From positions 682 through 64,681 of the forward strand of contig JADGRH010000003.1 of assembly GCA_017881075.1 (NCBI GenBank): a stretch of DNA of 64,000 bases, read 5' to 3'. The notes beneath the pieces are model-generated. The model searched no databases, was not told the origin of the DNA, and saw only the letters and a program-made list of their open reading frames with translations. A program made the position numbers and the translations under genes. Positions within the stretch are counted from its first letter, which is position 1. Each line of letters starts with the position of its first letter. Below are positions 40,517 to 50,119 of the stretch, piece after piece. The DNA comes from Minisyncoccota bacterium (GTDB lineage Bacteria > Patescibacteriota > Minisyncoccia > Phycocordibacterales > CAJBRS01).

Positions 40517-40783
40517 GTGATTATGAACGTAGTCACTTCTAGAGAGTTTAATAAACAGTTTAGTAACCAAACAAAGAAAATTAAAAGTAGATTTAATGAA
40601 AGAGTCAATTTATTTTTTGAAGATATGAGGCATTCCAGTCTGAATATCCATAAACTTTCAGGAAAGTATGAGGGGTTGTGGAGTTTTAATGTAACGGGTG
40701 ATATTAGAGTGATATTCGATTTGAATCAAAAAGACACTGTTATCTTGGTGGCAATAGGAACACATAGCAAACTATATAAATAG
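40517..40783 (+). CDS. RelE/YafQ-family mRNA interferase toxin
   Basis: The 88-aa protein has the motif ...KLSGKYEGLWSFNVTGDIRVIFDL...VILVAIGTHSKLY typical of the RelE/ParE fold. Confidence 0.6.
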   Translation: MIMNVVTSREFNKQFSNQTKKIKSRFNERVNLFFEDMRHSSLNIHKLSGKYEGLWSFNVTGDIRVIFDLNQKDTVILVAIGTHSKLYK

Positions 40784-40817
40784 TGAATCACGGGCCACCA
40801 GCAGATTGGAATGGGGT

Positions 40818-41867
40818 TTATGAATTTACGGTCAAGTGACTATCTTTCCAATCTCCGGTTTCTTGATTGAGGCTGTAGAATGTTGAACATTTTCTAATAT
40901 CCTTTTCTCCCAAGAGGTACTGCATTAATCGATCGGTGCCAATGCCATAACCGGCGTGAGGCAAGGTAGTTCCTCCATTTACAATATTCAAGTACCAGCG
41001 GAAGTCTTCAAGATCACCCCCGCGTTCTTTATGTAGACGAAACATCGTGGAACTAATTAGCCGATTCGTTAATTTTTTTCCGTCGTGTTCACGCACCGCT
41101 GAACCAACCGTTTCGCCGGAGTAGGGAAGGATGAGATCGGTAGAAAGAACAATCCGTGAATCTTTTTCGGAAACCTTCATATTGAAGAATTTTATCTCTT
41201 TCGGGTATTTCATGATGAAGACAGGACGAAGGAAAACATCTTTATTTAAGAGCTCTATTATCTTTGCTTCGTGTTCGGTTTTTAGATCGTCTCCCCAAGC
41301 GAGAGTAGAGAAGCCATTCTTTTGCAGAAGTTTAACGGCATCATCATAGGATATTCGCCAGAAAGGTTTCTCTAAACTGGCTAGAAAATTCTTACTGTCT
41401 CTCTTGTAGGAAGTGTCGAGAAGATCGCTGTGGATCTTTATCACTGTTTTGCAGATATACTTTATGACCGATTCAATATGTTGAAGAAGCGCTTCATACA
41501 TTTTTTCTTCGTTATAAGTTTCGTTCGGAGCGACCAGGCTCCAGTCAAATTCTTCCTCAATCAAACGAAATTGGCGGAGATGTCTTTGATCTTCGATTTC
41601 CTCATCCCGGCCGCTGTGAATGATGGTGTAGGCGCCTGGAATGTGCTGGAGTGCCTGTTCTAGGGATAGTTGGCCTGTCTGGGTAAAGAACAGTGGTATA
41701 TTCAATCTACTACCGACTTTAAAAAGGGTATCAACATTCTCACAGGCACCTGTAATCCCAACGATTTCCGGCACATCAACATAAGTTAGACCGGCATTTC
41801 GGTAAAATTCGTGGGTGGCGCCGGCAATGGTGTGATTTATCTCGATCAAGTTTTTTAGTTTATTCAT
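40818..41867 (-). CDS. class II aminoacyl-tRNA-synthetase-like catalytic-core protein, probably aspartate-ammonia ligase (AsnA-type)
   Basis: The 349-aa protein has no anticodon-binding domain. It shows a class II motif-3-like GYGIGTDRLMQYLLG and motif-2-like LSTDLILPYSGETVGSAVRE. Confidence 0.4.
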   Translation of the reverse strand: MNKLKNLIEINHTIAGATHEFYRNAGLTYVDVPEIVGITGACENVDTLFKVGSRLNIPLFFTQTGQLSLEQALQHIPGAYTIIHSGRDEEIEDQRHLRQFRLIEEEFDWSLVAPNETYNEEKMYEALLQHIESVIKYICKTVIKIHSDLLDTSYKRDSKNFLASLEKPFWRISYDDAVKLLQKNGFSTLAWGDDLKTEHEAKIIELLNKDVFLRPVFIMKYPKEIKFFNMKVSEKDSRIVLSTDLILPYSGETVGSAVREHDGKKLTNRLISSTMFRLHKERGGDLEDFRWYLNIVNGGTTLPHAGYGIGTDRLMQYLLGEKDIRKCSTFYSLNQETGDWKDSHLTVNS

Positions 41868-41957
41868 TTTTATTTTTTATCTTTTAAAAGGTCTCCGACA
41901 TCGGATGTCGGGGATTAACGGGGACTAAGGGGGCATCAGAATGAGAGGATTAAAAAA

Positions 41958-41980
41958 AGAGCCCCCGAAGGGGGCTCTTT
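41958..41980 (-). terminator. rho-independent terminator (bidirectional-looking) after the response-regulator gene
   Basis: AGAGCCCCC-GAAG-GGGGCTCTT is flanked by A7 upstream and TTTGG downstream. On the minus strand it is followed by a T7 tract. Confidence 0.55.
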
Positions 41981-42069
41981 GGAAAATATAATTAGTTAGC
42001 GGATTCTTTCGGCGTTTATGTGGTTGCTCTCGCATTCGTACCATTGAGAGAAAGTCTATGTAAAATTCT

Positions 42070-42741
42070 TCAACGTGTCAAATCCATTTTATAGCCTCGT
42101 CCCGGCACGGTATGAATCAATTTCTTTTTACCCGCATCTATCTTTTTCCTTAAATTGAGAACGTGCGCTTCAATAGTGTTGGAGAAAGGGTCGGTATCAA
42201 TATTCCAGACGTGCTCCATGATAAGACCGCGAGAAAGGACGTTGCCGAGGTTCCTCATGAAATATTCCAGGAGTAGGAATTCCTTTCTGGTAAGATATAT
42301 TTCTTTTTGACCACGAAAAACTTTCTGCTTCTGAATATCCACCACAAGATCTTCAAAGGTTAAGGGATTAGTCTCTAGTATATTTGGTCTTCTGGTAATG
42401 GCTCTGATGCGGGCCAGCACTTCAGCAAAGGAAAAAGGTTTGCAAACATAGTCATCAACTCCGAGATTAAGAAGATTTACTCTATCCGGAATCTCCGATC
42501 GGACCGACAACATCATAATCGGTGTCTTCTTGCCTACCTCCCGTATTTCCCGGCAGACGGCCAGACCATCCTTTTTTGGCATAATATAATCCAAAATAAT
42601 GAAATCATACTCATTGGTTCGGGCCATGTAAGAACCTCGTTCGCCATCTGCCGCTCTGTCAACCACGAAACCTTCTGCCGATAAACTCTCTTCCAGAAAA
42701 TCAGCGATCTCTACATCGTCTTCAATTATTAACATTCTCAT
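42070..42741 (-). CDS. OmpR/PhoB-family response regulator
   Basis: The receiver domain (MLIIEDDVEIADFL...ILDYIMPKKDG...K) is followed by a winged-helix DNA-binding domain (LTRKEFLLLEYFMRN...GRGYKM). No histidine kinase gene is adjacent. Confidence 0.85.
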   Translation of the reverse strand: MRMLIIEDDVEIADFLEESLSAEGFVVDRAADGERGSYMARTNEYDFIILDYIMPKKDGLAVCREIREVGKKTPIMMLSVRSEIPDRVNLLNLGVDDYVCKPFSFAEVLARIRAITRRPNILETNPLTFEDLVVDIQKQKVFRGQKEIYLTRKEFLLLEYFMRNLGNVLSRGLIMEHVWNIDTDPFSNTIEAHVLNLRKKIDAGKKKLIHTVPGRGYKMDLTR

Positions 42742-42909
42742 ATTGTCTGTAAGTATATTTAAATTTTTACTAAAAGACGATTAAAGTTGGGGATGAAAAT
42801 TGAATGAAACTTCATCTTTTCTTCATATTTATTTTATGTTCGTATTGAAAAAATGTTTGAAAAACGGCCTATTTTATAATACTATTACCAAACCATCTCG
42901 AAGAGATGT

Positions 42910-42982
42910 GCCGTTGTAGCTCAGTTGGTAGAGCATTTCCATGGTAAGGAAAAGGTCCCCAGTTCAATTCTGGGCAACGGCT
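42910..42982 (+). tRNA. tRNA-Thr (anticodon GGU)
   Basis: GCCGTTG-TA-GCTCAGTTGGTAGAGC-A-TTTCC-ATGGTAA-GGAAA-AGGTC-CCCAG-TTCAATT-CTGGG-CAACGGC-T. Confidence 0.85.
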
Positions 42983-42996
42983 CTATAAATATATAT

Positions 42997-43069
42997 GCCA
43001 CCCTAGCTCAGTTGGTAGAGCACCACTTTCGTAAAGTGGGGGTCCCGAGTTCGATTCTCGGGGGTGGCT
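42997..43069 (+). tRNA. tRNA-Thr (anticodon CGU)
   Basis: GCCACCC-TA-GCTCAGTTGGTAGAGC-A-CCACT-TTCGTAA-AGTGG-GGGTC-CCGAG-TTCGATT-CTCGG-GGGTGGC-T. Confidence 0.85.
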
Positions 43070-43078
43070 CACCAAAAT

Positions 43079-43951
43079 ATGGATGAAAACAAGAAAAAAA
43101 TAAAGGAATTGGAAACCCTGATGCAGGGTGCGGATTTTTGGCAGAATAAGGAGAAGGCCCAGAATGTAATCAAAGAGCTCCAGGATTTGAAGGCCCTGAG
43201 CTTGTCGAAGGGCGGCCCCTACGATCGGAGCTCAGCTATAATAACCATCTTCAGTGGTGCCGGTGGTGATGACTCCGAAGACTTCTCCGCCATCCTTTTC
43301 AATATGTATCGCAAATTCCTTGAACGAAAAGGATGGCCGACACATATCATTCATCAAAATGAAAATGACCACGGAGGCTTCCGCAATCTAACTTTTGAGG
43401 TGAACGGCAAAAATGCTTACGGCACTTTGAAAAATGAATCGGGCGTCCATCGCTTGGTGCGCCTCTCCCCATTCAATGCCAAAAAACTTCGCCACACCTC
43501 GTTCTCTATGGTGGAAGTCATCCCCAAATTCGAGAAGACCAGCGAGATCAATATTCCAGAAGACGAGCTGGATATCTCCTTTCAACGTTCAAGTGGCCCT
43601 GGCGGGCAGAACGTGAACAAGCGCGAGACCTCGGTGCGCATTGTCCATTTGCCGACCAAACTTTCCGTTCACGTGGATTCGGAACGCTCACAGGCCCAGA
43701 ACAGAGAAAAAGGCTTGGCAATTCTTGCCGGTAAAATATATACTCTTCGCGAAGCTGAAAGAATGTCCAAAGAAAAAGGAATGTATATTTCTAAGACCAC
43801 CGACGCCGAATGGGGTAATCAAATCCGCTCATACGTTATGCATCCTTACAAGATGGTCAAAGATCATCGCACCAACGTAGAGACCAGCAATATTAACAAG
43901 GTTCTTGACGGAGAACTTGACGATTTCATTTACGCTGAAAGAAGCCTCTAG
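43079..43951 (+). CDS. prfB: peptide chain release factor 2 (short N-terminal domain)
   Basis: The SPF tripeptide (RLSPFNAKK) and the GGQ motif (SGPGGQNVNKRETSV) are present. The protein is about 290 aa from the ATG at 43079, which is 9 nt after the tRNA-Thr. No in-frame UGA frameshift site is visible. Confidence 0.8.
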   Translation: MDENKKKIKELETLMQGADFWQNKEKAQNVIKELQDLKALSLSKGGPYDRSSAIITIFSGAGGDDSEDFSAILFNMYRKFLERKGWPTHIIHQNENDHGGFRNLTFEVNGKNAYGTLKNESGVHRLVRLSPFNAKKLRHTSFSMVEVIPKFEKTSEINIPEDELDISFQRSSGPGGQNVNKRETSVRIVHLPTKLSVHVDSERSQAQNREKGLAILAGKIYTLREAERMSKEKGMYISKTTDAEWGNQIRSYVMHPYKMVKDHRTNVETSNINKVLDGELDDFIYAERSL

Positions 43952-43997
43952 TAGAGCCATTTTTAATTCTAACTAATAATCTGTTATACTAGAAAAG

Positions 43998-44678
43998 ATG
44001 ATTTATTTTGATAAAGTTTCTAAAATTTACGGCGATAATTCAGTAGCGGTGGAGGAGATTACCTTCAATATTGAACCAAAAGAATTTGTTTCTATTGTTG
44101 GTCAATCCGGAGCAGGCAAAACAACCGTAATTAAACTAATCTTAGGCGAAGAGAAACCAACCGCTGGCACGGTATTCTTTGAATCCGTGAATGTTAACAG
44201 CTTGAGAAAGAATCAGATCACTAAATATCGTCGCCGAGTCGGGACTGTCTTTCAGGACTTTCGACTTTTGCCAGACAAGACAGCTTATGAGAATGTCGCT
44301 TTTGCCATGGAGGCGGCCGGTCGAACCGAAGAGGAAATCGCTGCCGATGTGCCGCATGTTTTGGAGTTAGTGGACCTCGGCCGAAAGATTTGGAATTTTC
44401 CGCACCAACTTTCCGGCGGAGAGAAACAGCGGGTGGCCATTGCCAGGGCGTTGGTCAACCAACCAGACCTCATCATTGCCGATGAACCAACAGGCAACCT
44501 TGATCCGGTTAACACCTATGATGTTGTCCAAATTCTGAAAAAAGTTAATGATCTTGGCACCACCGTTCTTCTGACCACTCATAACAAAGGCATTATTGAT
44601 TCGTTAGGGAAGCGGGTTATCACTCTTGAGCATGGTAAGATTATTCGCGACGATAAGTCTGGAAAATATACATTATAA
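43998..44678 (+). CDS. ftsE: cell-division ABC transporter ATP-binding protein FtsE
   Basis: Walker [10 protein letters not shown], the signature LSGGEKQR and Walker B IIADEPT are present. It is followed by ftsX. Confidence 0.9.
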   Translation: MIYFDKVSKIYGDNSVAVEEITFNIEPKEFVSIVGQSGAGKTTVIKLILGEEKPTAGTVFFESVNVNSLRKNQITKYRRRVGTVFQDFRLLPDKTAYENVAFAMEAAGRTEEEIAADVPHVLELVDLGRKIWNFPHQLSGGEKQRVAIARALVNQPDLIIADEPTGNLDPVNTYDVVQILKKVNDLGTTVLLTTHNKGIIDSLGKRVITLEHGKIIRDDKSGKYTL

Positions 44679-44687
44679 TAATCCATT

Positions 44688-45614
44688 ATGTTTTGGACCA
44701 ACATTAAAAGAGTAATAAAAGCAGGATTCATTAGTTTCTGGAGAAACGGCTATGTCTCGCTGGCATCTGTTTTAGTAATGATTGTCACCCTCTCCGTGGC
44801 CGCCGCCATGATCTTTGTCGGGGCTCTTCTTCATTCAACTCTGGACGGTATAAAAGATAAGGTTGACGTAAATGTTTATTTTGTGACCACCACTGCCGAA
44901 GATCAGATTGTCAGTTTGAAGAATTCGATTGAAGCTCAACCTGAAGTGGCCACCGTCACCTATACTTCCCGTGAAGGAGCCCTTGATAATTTTAGGAAGA
45001 AACACGCAAACGACCAGCTCACTTTAGCCGCTTTGGATGAGCTGAACGACAATCCTCTTGGTGCCAGCCTTAACATTAAAGCCAAGGATCCGTCGCAGTA
45101 TCAGAGTATCGCTAGTTTTGTGGAGAATAAGGCCGCTTCACTTTCTCCGGAGTCGTCAATTATTGACAAGATAAATTATTCCGAAAATAAAGTAGCCATT
45201 GATGCCCTCAATCGTATTATCGATTCGTCCAACAAGATCGGCTTAATTTTAATGGCCTTCTTTATTTTTATTTCCATTCTTATCACTTTCAACACCATTC
45301 GTTTAGCCATCTATATTTCCCGTGATGAGATTGCCGTCATGCGTTTAGTGGGGGCCTCAAATATGTTTATCCGCGGGCCATTTGTCACGGTTGGTTTGAT
45401 GTATGGAGGTGTTTCGGCCATCATCACCTTACTGCTTCTCTATCCGATTACTTTTGGCCTCGGTCCTTTGACTGAAAAGCTTGGCACCGGCCTCAACGTC
45501 TTTGATTATTACATCAGCCATCTCGTGGAAGTCTCCCTCATTATTCTCGGCGCCGGCCTACTTCTCGGCGCCATATCTAGCTTCCTGGCAGTTAAGAAAT
45601 ATCTGAAAGTCTAA
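44688..45614 (+). CDS. ftsX: cell-division permease FtsX
   Basis: The 308-aa protein has four TM helices and a large periplasmic loop, immediately downstream of ftsE. Confidence 0.8.
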   Translation: MFWTNIKRVIKAGFISFWRNGYVSLASVLVMIVTLSVAAAMIFVGALLHSTLDGIKDKVDVNVYFVTTTAEDQIVSLKNSIEAQPEVATVTYTSREGALDNFRKKHANDQLTLAALDELNDNPLGASLNIKAKDPSQYQSIASFVENKAASLSPESSIIDKINYSENKVAIDALNRIIDSSNKIGLILMAFFIFISILITFNTIRLAIYISRDEIAVMRLVGASNMFIRGPFVTVGLMYGGVSAIITLLLLYPITFGLGPLTEKLGTGLNVFDYYISHLVEVSLIILGAGLLLGAISSFLAVKKYLKV

Positions 45615-47248
45615 TGAAGAAGAATCATAAATACATTTTTGTTATTGGAGGAGTGATGTCTGGTGTGGGCAAAGGTATCACCACTTCTTCCATCGGCACC
45701 ATTCTCGCCGCCAAAGGATTCAATGTGAATATTATAAAAGTTGATCCGTATCTGAATGTTGATGCGGGTACCATGAACCCCACCGAGCACGGTGAGGTTT
45801 TTGTTTTAAACTCCGGCTTGGAGACGGATCAAGACATGGGCAATTATGAGCGCTTCATGAATCGTGATCTCAATAACGGCGATTATATGACTAGCGGTAT
45901 GATATATAAGCACGTCATTGATAAAGAGCGGGCGCTTGGCTTTGGTGGCCGCTGTATTGATGCCGATACCATTCGGGATGAGATTATTCACCGATATGAA
46001 ACGGCCGCCCGCTCCAATAAATCGGATATTTCTGTGATTGAGATTGGTGGAACGGTGGGTGACTATCAAAACATTATGTTCATTGAAGCAGCTCGAGTAC
46101 TGAAAGTAAAAAATCCGGAGAATGTTTTATTTATCATGGTCAGTTTTCTACCAATTCCACACAAGCTTGGCGAGATGAAGTCAAAACCGACCCAAAATGC
46201 CATCAAACAATTAAACTCTTACGGCATTCAGACCGATATCGTCATTGCCCGAAGTGAAAAACCGCTTGATAAAAAACGAAAAGAGAAAATTGCTATTTCT
46301 TGCAATGTGCCGGCTGAAAATGTTATCTCTGCCCCGGATATCGAGAGTATCTACGATGTGCCGTTAAACTTTGAAAAAGATAAATTGGGAGATCATCTGA
46401 CTGAACTCCTCGGACTGAAGAATCGACCGACAAATCTGAAAGACTGGTCGGCTTTCGCTCGAAAGGCCAAGAATGGCAAACACACGGTCAATATTGCAGT
46501 GGTAGGGAAGTACTTTGATACTGGAGATTTTGTTCTTTCGGATGCCTATGTTTCTGTCATTGAGGCTATTAAATTCTCTGCATATGCCGCTGGGGTAAAA
46601 GCAAAACTGACATGGCTTAACTCCAAACATTTTGAGACTAATCCGGCCAAGGTTAAAGAGTTAGCCAATTATGATGGCGTTCTTGTTCCAGGAGGATTCG
46701 GAGAGACGGGCATTAAAGGCAAACTTCGGGCCATCGAATTTGTACGGGGAAATAAGATTCCATATTTAGGTCTCTGTTACGGAATGCAATTGGCGGTGAT
46801 TGAATTTGCCCGCAATGTCGCGGGGCTAAAAGATGCCAACACCACTGAGATAGATGAGAAATCAAAAAATCCGGTAATAGATATTATGGAGCATCAACGA
46901 AAACATCTAGCGGAGGGCCGTTACGGCGCCTCAATGCGACTGGGAGCTTACCCGTGCAAACTGAAGAAGGGGACGGTGGCGGGTTTCGCCTACGGCGAAA
47001 CCCGCGTCTCCGAACGTCACCGCCACCGCTACGAAGTGAATCCCACTTACATCGCTAAATTAGAAAAAGCCGGCCTTGTTTTCTCCGGCACCTCGCCCGA
47101 CGGCAAACTAATGGAAATCGCCGAACTACCAAAAGAAAAACATCCTTTTTTTGTTGGCACTCAATTCCATCCGGAATTCTTGGCTCGCCCTCTTCGCCCC
47201 CACCCCCTTTTCACCGCCTTCATCAAGGCATCAATGAAGAAGAAGTAA
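45614..47248 (+). CDS. pyrG: CTP synthase
   Basis: The 544-aa protein has an N-terminal synthetase domain (KYIFVIGGVMSGVGKG) and a C-terminal glutamine amidotransferase domain with GLCYGMQ. Confidence 0.95.
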   Translation: MKKNHKYIFVIGGVMSGVGKGITTSSIGTILAAKGFNVNIIKVDPYLNVDAGTMNPTEHGEVFVLNSGLETDQDMGNYERFMNRDLNNGDYMTSGMIYKHVIDKERALGFGGRCIDADTIRDEIIHRYETAARSNKSDISVIEIGGTVGDYQNIMFIEAARVLKVKNPENVLFIMVSFLPIPHKLGEMKSKPTQNAIKQLNSYGIQTDIVIARSEKPLDKKRKEKIAISCNVPAENVISAPDIESIYDVPLNFEKDKLGDHLTELLGLKNRPTNLKDWSAFARKAKNGKHTVNIAVVGKYFDTGDFVLSDAYVSVIEAIKFSAYAAGVKAKLTWLNSKHFETNPAKVKELANYDGVLVPGGFGETGIKGKLRAIEFVRGNKIPYLGLCYGMQLAVIEFARNVAGLKDANTTEIDEKSKNPVIDIMEHQRKHLAEGRYGASMRLGAYPCKLKKGTVAGFAYGETRVSERHRHRYEVNPTYIAKLEKAGLVFSGTSPDGKLMEIAELPKEKHPFFVGTQFHPEFLARPLRPHPLFTAFIKASMKKK

Positions 47249-47249
47249 A

Positions 47250-47837
47250 ATGGAAGAGATCGAAGTAAAATTTTTAAATATCGACCCTGCCGCTATTGAA
47301 GAAAAATTAAAAAAGATCGGAGCTAAGAAAGTGGCCGATTTTTTCTATAAACGTTACATTTTTGATTATCCCAATCTCAGCTTGCACAAGAGGGGAGCGT
47401 GGGTTCGTCTTCGAACTGATGGAAAAGAAACAACTCTTACTTACAAACAACGACTTGGTATGTCTTCTCATGACGGTTCTACCTCAGATACCGGTATGGA
47501 AGAGATCGAAGTCCTAGTAAGTGATTTTGAGAAAGCGGCTGAAATGTTTCGAAAGATGGGGTTTATGGAGAAATTCTATGAAGAAAACAAGCGAGTGCGC
47601 TGGATGAAAGACGATATTGAATTTGACCTCGATTTTTGGCCACACCTATCGCCCTATTTGGAGATTGAAGCACCTAGTTGGCAGAAGATTGATGAAGCCA
47701 TTAAAATACTTGGTCTCAACCCAGAGGATAAGAAGATCTTTTCTGTTGCCCAAGTCTATCAGCTTGCTGGTATCAATCAGATCGAATATAGTCGCATCAC
47801 TTTTAATGAGTTTACGAAGAGGGAAGACTCAGTTTGA
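47250..47837 (+). CDS. CYTH-domain protein (triphosphate tunnel metalloenzyme family)
   Basis: The N-terminal EIEVKFL motif and the overall 195-aa length match CYTH, class IV adenylate cyclase or thiamine triphosphatase-like proteins. Confidence 0.5.
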   Translation: MEEIEVKFLNIDPAAIEEKLKKIGAKKVADFFYKRYIFDYPNLSLHKRGAWVRLRTDGKETTLTYKQRLGMSSHDGSTSDTGMEEIEVLVSDFEKAAEMFRKMGFMEKFYEENKRVRWMKDDIEFDLDFWPHLSPYLEIEAPSWQKIDEAIKILGLNPEDKKIFSVAQVYQLAGINQIEYSRITFNEFTKREDSV

Positions 47838-48140
47838 CAAAGAGCTATACCAGTTTAGAATTGGGGCAGTAAAACCACGAAAGGGGGATTGTATGGCAAC
47901 GTGGAATCTTCATAAGTACGCCGGAGCTCTTCTAGAAGCTAAGATCTGGGACAGCAAAAAGGCCGAAGCCTACAAGACTTTTTGTCGGGACAAAGGTCGT
48001 GTAGAAAATACTGGAGCGAGAGAACGCATCTCTAATCCCGAGGTCTCAAGAGAAGAGTTCGAGACAGAGTGTGATAAGGACGAAAAATGACCTGGCTCCC
48101 GAGGTGGAGCCAGGTCTAATCATTCATTAATTATTAATAT

Positions 48141-48214
48141 TGCGGGATCGTCTAATGGTAGGACTGCAGATTCTGGATCTGCCTATCTTGGTTCGAGTCC
48201 AAGTCCCGCAGCCA
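48141..48214 (+). tRNA. tRNA-Gln (anticodon CUG)
   Basis: TGCGGGA...GCAGA-TTCTGGA-TCTGC...CTTGG-TTCGAGT-CCAAG-TCCCGCA-G-CCA. It has the U1:A72 pair typical of bacterial tRNA-Gln, and the 3' CCA is genomically encoded. Confidence 0.8.
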
Positions 48215-48373
48215 ACATATTACACGCCGAGTGTCAAGGGTGCCTACGGTACCAGAGCGACTGATACACATCACATAAAAATTCAATCAATACTCTCATT
48301 ATAGCACCGGTTTTTTTAATTTCGTAAAAATAAAAACCCCACTCTGATTGTGTCAGAATGGGTGTCAAAATCA

Positions 48374-49225
48374 CTACGTTATGATGATCGGAGTTATCGG
48401 TTCGATGGCTATAGGCTTATAGTATTCGCCAAAATCTCCAACGCACACTTCCCTTATTTTCCGAAGATAGCGAATCGCTTGAAGAACGTCGCAACCACAC
48501 CTTCTCATATTCTCCAGATCCTCGTTAAGTCCATCACCAATGAAATCTATGGCCTCGAGGAATCTTTCGCCATCACGGCTGTAATCTGGCCAACGGAGAT
48601 CAATTAGTACTGGAGCTCTAATTGTGATATCGAAGAAAGTTGCTTTAATCTGCCCCACCTCTTCCTGGTGCTTCACCTTTCTAACACGAAGCCAACCATA
48701 CAGAAAATAAATCCTGAATGTTTCCTTGGGGTAGAATAGGCGGCTCTTCTGAAGGATCACAGCTTTTTCACGAAGATTAAACTGGATACTCCTGGCTTTA
48801 ACAACCACCATATTATTAGGGACTTTGAATCGGACGCCGAAAGTGAAGAGCCAAACGCCATAGAGAACCACCAGCAAGGCGTAGGCGATCATGAATGGGC
48901 TAAATGAGTCGGAGTCACTGTAACGAGTATTCAAGATGAGAACCAAGGTTCCACCTCCGCAGAACAAGGCTCCAAGGACAAGAGTTTTCCCTTTCGCCGT
49001 GTTTTGGATTGGGTAGCCCTTAGCTATTGCGCCAAGAAACTGGGAACCTCCGAGGGCCGCAAGGATCAATCCGAGGCTAGCCACCACCGATTGCCAGGGA
49101 ATTAAAGGCATATGCCTGGAAGGATTCGATGGTGGCATGTGGACCATGATGATGGGCACTATTAAGAACATTAAAAGCAGGGCGACGCCTGTCGCTTTGA
49201 ATGAATTTGGAATTTTTGTTGTCAT
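48374..49225 (-). CDS. hypothetical polytopic membrane protein
   Basis: The 283-aa protein has about six TM helices in the N-terminal half and a soluble C-terminal domain. Confidence 0.4.
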   Translation of the reverse strand: MTTKIPNSFKATGVALLLMFLIVPIIMVHMPPSNPSRHMPLIPWQSVVASLGLILAALGGSQFLGAIAKGYPIQNTAKGKTLVLGALFCGGGTLVLILNTRYSDSDSFSPFMIAYALLVVLYGVWLFTFGVRFKVPNNMVVVKARSIQFNLREKAVILQKSRLFYPKETFRIYFLYGWLRVRKVKHQEEVGQIKATFFDITIRAPVLIDLRWPDYSRDGERFLEAIDFIGDGLNEDLENMRRCGCDVLQAIRYLRKIREVCVGDFGEYYKPIAIEPITPIIIT

Positions 49226-49313
49226 ATGTCAATGTTTCTATTTCTCAAATTACCTGAAATGGGTATTTTGTCAATGTTCTACTAAATGAAAAGGTGAATG
49301 ATATAATTTAACC

Positions 49314-49622
49314 ATGAAGAAAATTATCGTTTACGTTCCGTTATCTCACACAGACAAAGTGAGGGAGGCCATAGGGGATGTGGGAGGGGGTCAACTGGGA
49401 AAGTATTCTTTTTGCAGTTTTTCTATTCGAGGCACTGGTAGATTTAAACCGGAAGACGGAGCGAATCCTCATATCGGAGAGGTAGGAAAATTGGAGGAAG
49501 TGAAAGAGGAGAGAATTGAAGTAACGTGTGACGATGAAATCACAGACAAGGTCGTTAAAGCTATAAAATCCGTGCATCCATATGAAGAGGTGGCATTAGA
49601 TATTTATCCATTAGAAAATTAA
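49314..49622 (+). CDS. hypothetical small protein (CutA/PII-like fold suspected)
   Basis: The 102-aa protein has the C-terminal segment VHPYEEVALDIYPL, reminiscent of the CutA HPYE motif. Confidence 0.3.
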   Translation: MKKIIVYVPLSHTDKVREAIGDVGGGQLGKYSFCSFSIRGTGRFKPEDGANPHIGEVGKLEEVKEERIEVTCDDEITDKVVKAIKSVHPYEEVALDIYPLEN

Positions 49623-49623
49623 C

Positions 49624-49977
49624 ATGAGAGAATTTTTTCCAACTGATGACGATAGTGGAGGCGAAGAAAAACCAGTTGATCCTTTTGTTAAGGAAAGACA
49701 TACCGGAGAGCGCGTCTTAGAAACAGTAAAAGAAGTGTTAGAAAACAAAGAAGAGAATCGGAATTTAAAAGAAAGTATCAAGATACACTTAAGAAGTGCA
49801 AAAACTAACGGGGAAACCTGGAAGAGAATGATTGGTAGACTACCTCCAGAAGAAAAAGAAGTCTTTGAATATGTTCTAGCTCAAGAACTAGAAAATTTTT
49901 ATTACACCCACTACAACGCTGTAAGAAATAGACTTAATCCCGACCAATCAACAGATCAAGGATTGGAAAGAAAATAA
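49624..49977 (+). CDS. hypothetical protein
   Basis: The 117-aa protein is charged and helical, with no motifs. Confidence 0.3.
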   Translation: MREFFPTDDDSGGEEKPVDPFVKERHTGERVLETVKEVLENKEENRNLKESIKIHLRSAKTNGETWKRMIGRLPPEEKEVFEYVLAQELENFYYTHYNAVRNRLNPDQSTDQGLERK

Positions 49978-50119
49978 GATTAACTTTCACACGTATGTTT
50001 TTCAAACCTCATTTTTCGTGATATAAAGGATTTAGATTACTAAACACACGTTTAGCTGGTCTTTCATAAAACGCCAGAAACCTCATAGGTGAAAGGCAAA
50101 ACAAGAAGGAGTAATAAAA

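Noticed and set aside
43079-43200. Programmed +1 frameshift site in prfB
   Set aside because: No in-frame UGA preceded by an SD-like element was seen. The gene reads through as a single ORF. The short N-terminus is noted separately.
47617-48090. 157-aa ORF overlapping the 3' end of the CYTH gene
   Set aside because: Its first 70 codons overlap the CYTH gene in another frame. At most the 3' part (from MATWNL, about 47893) could be a small independent gene, and the evidence is insufficient to call it.
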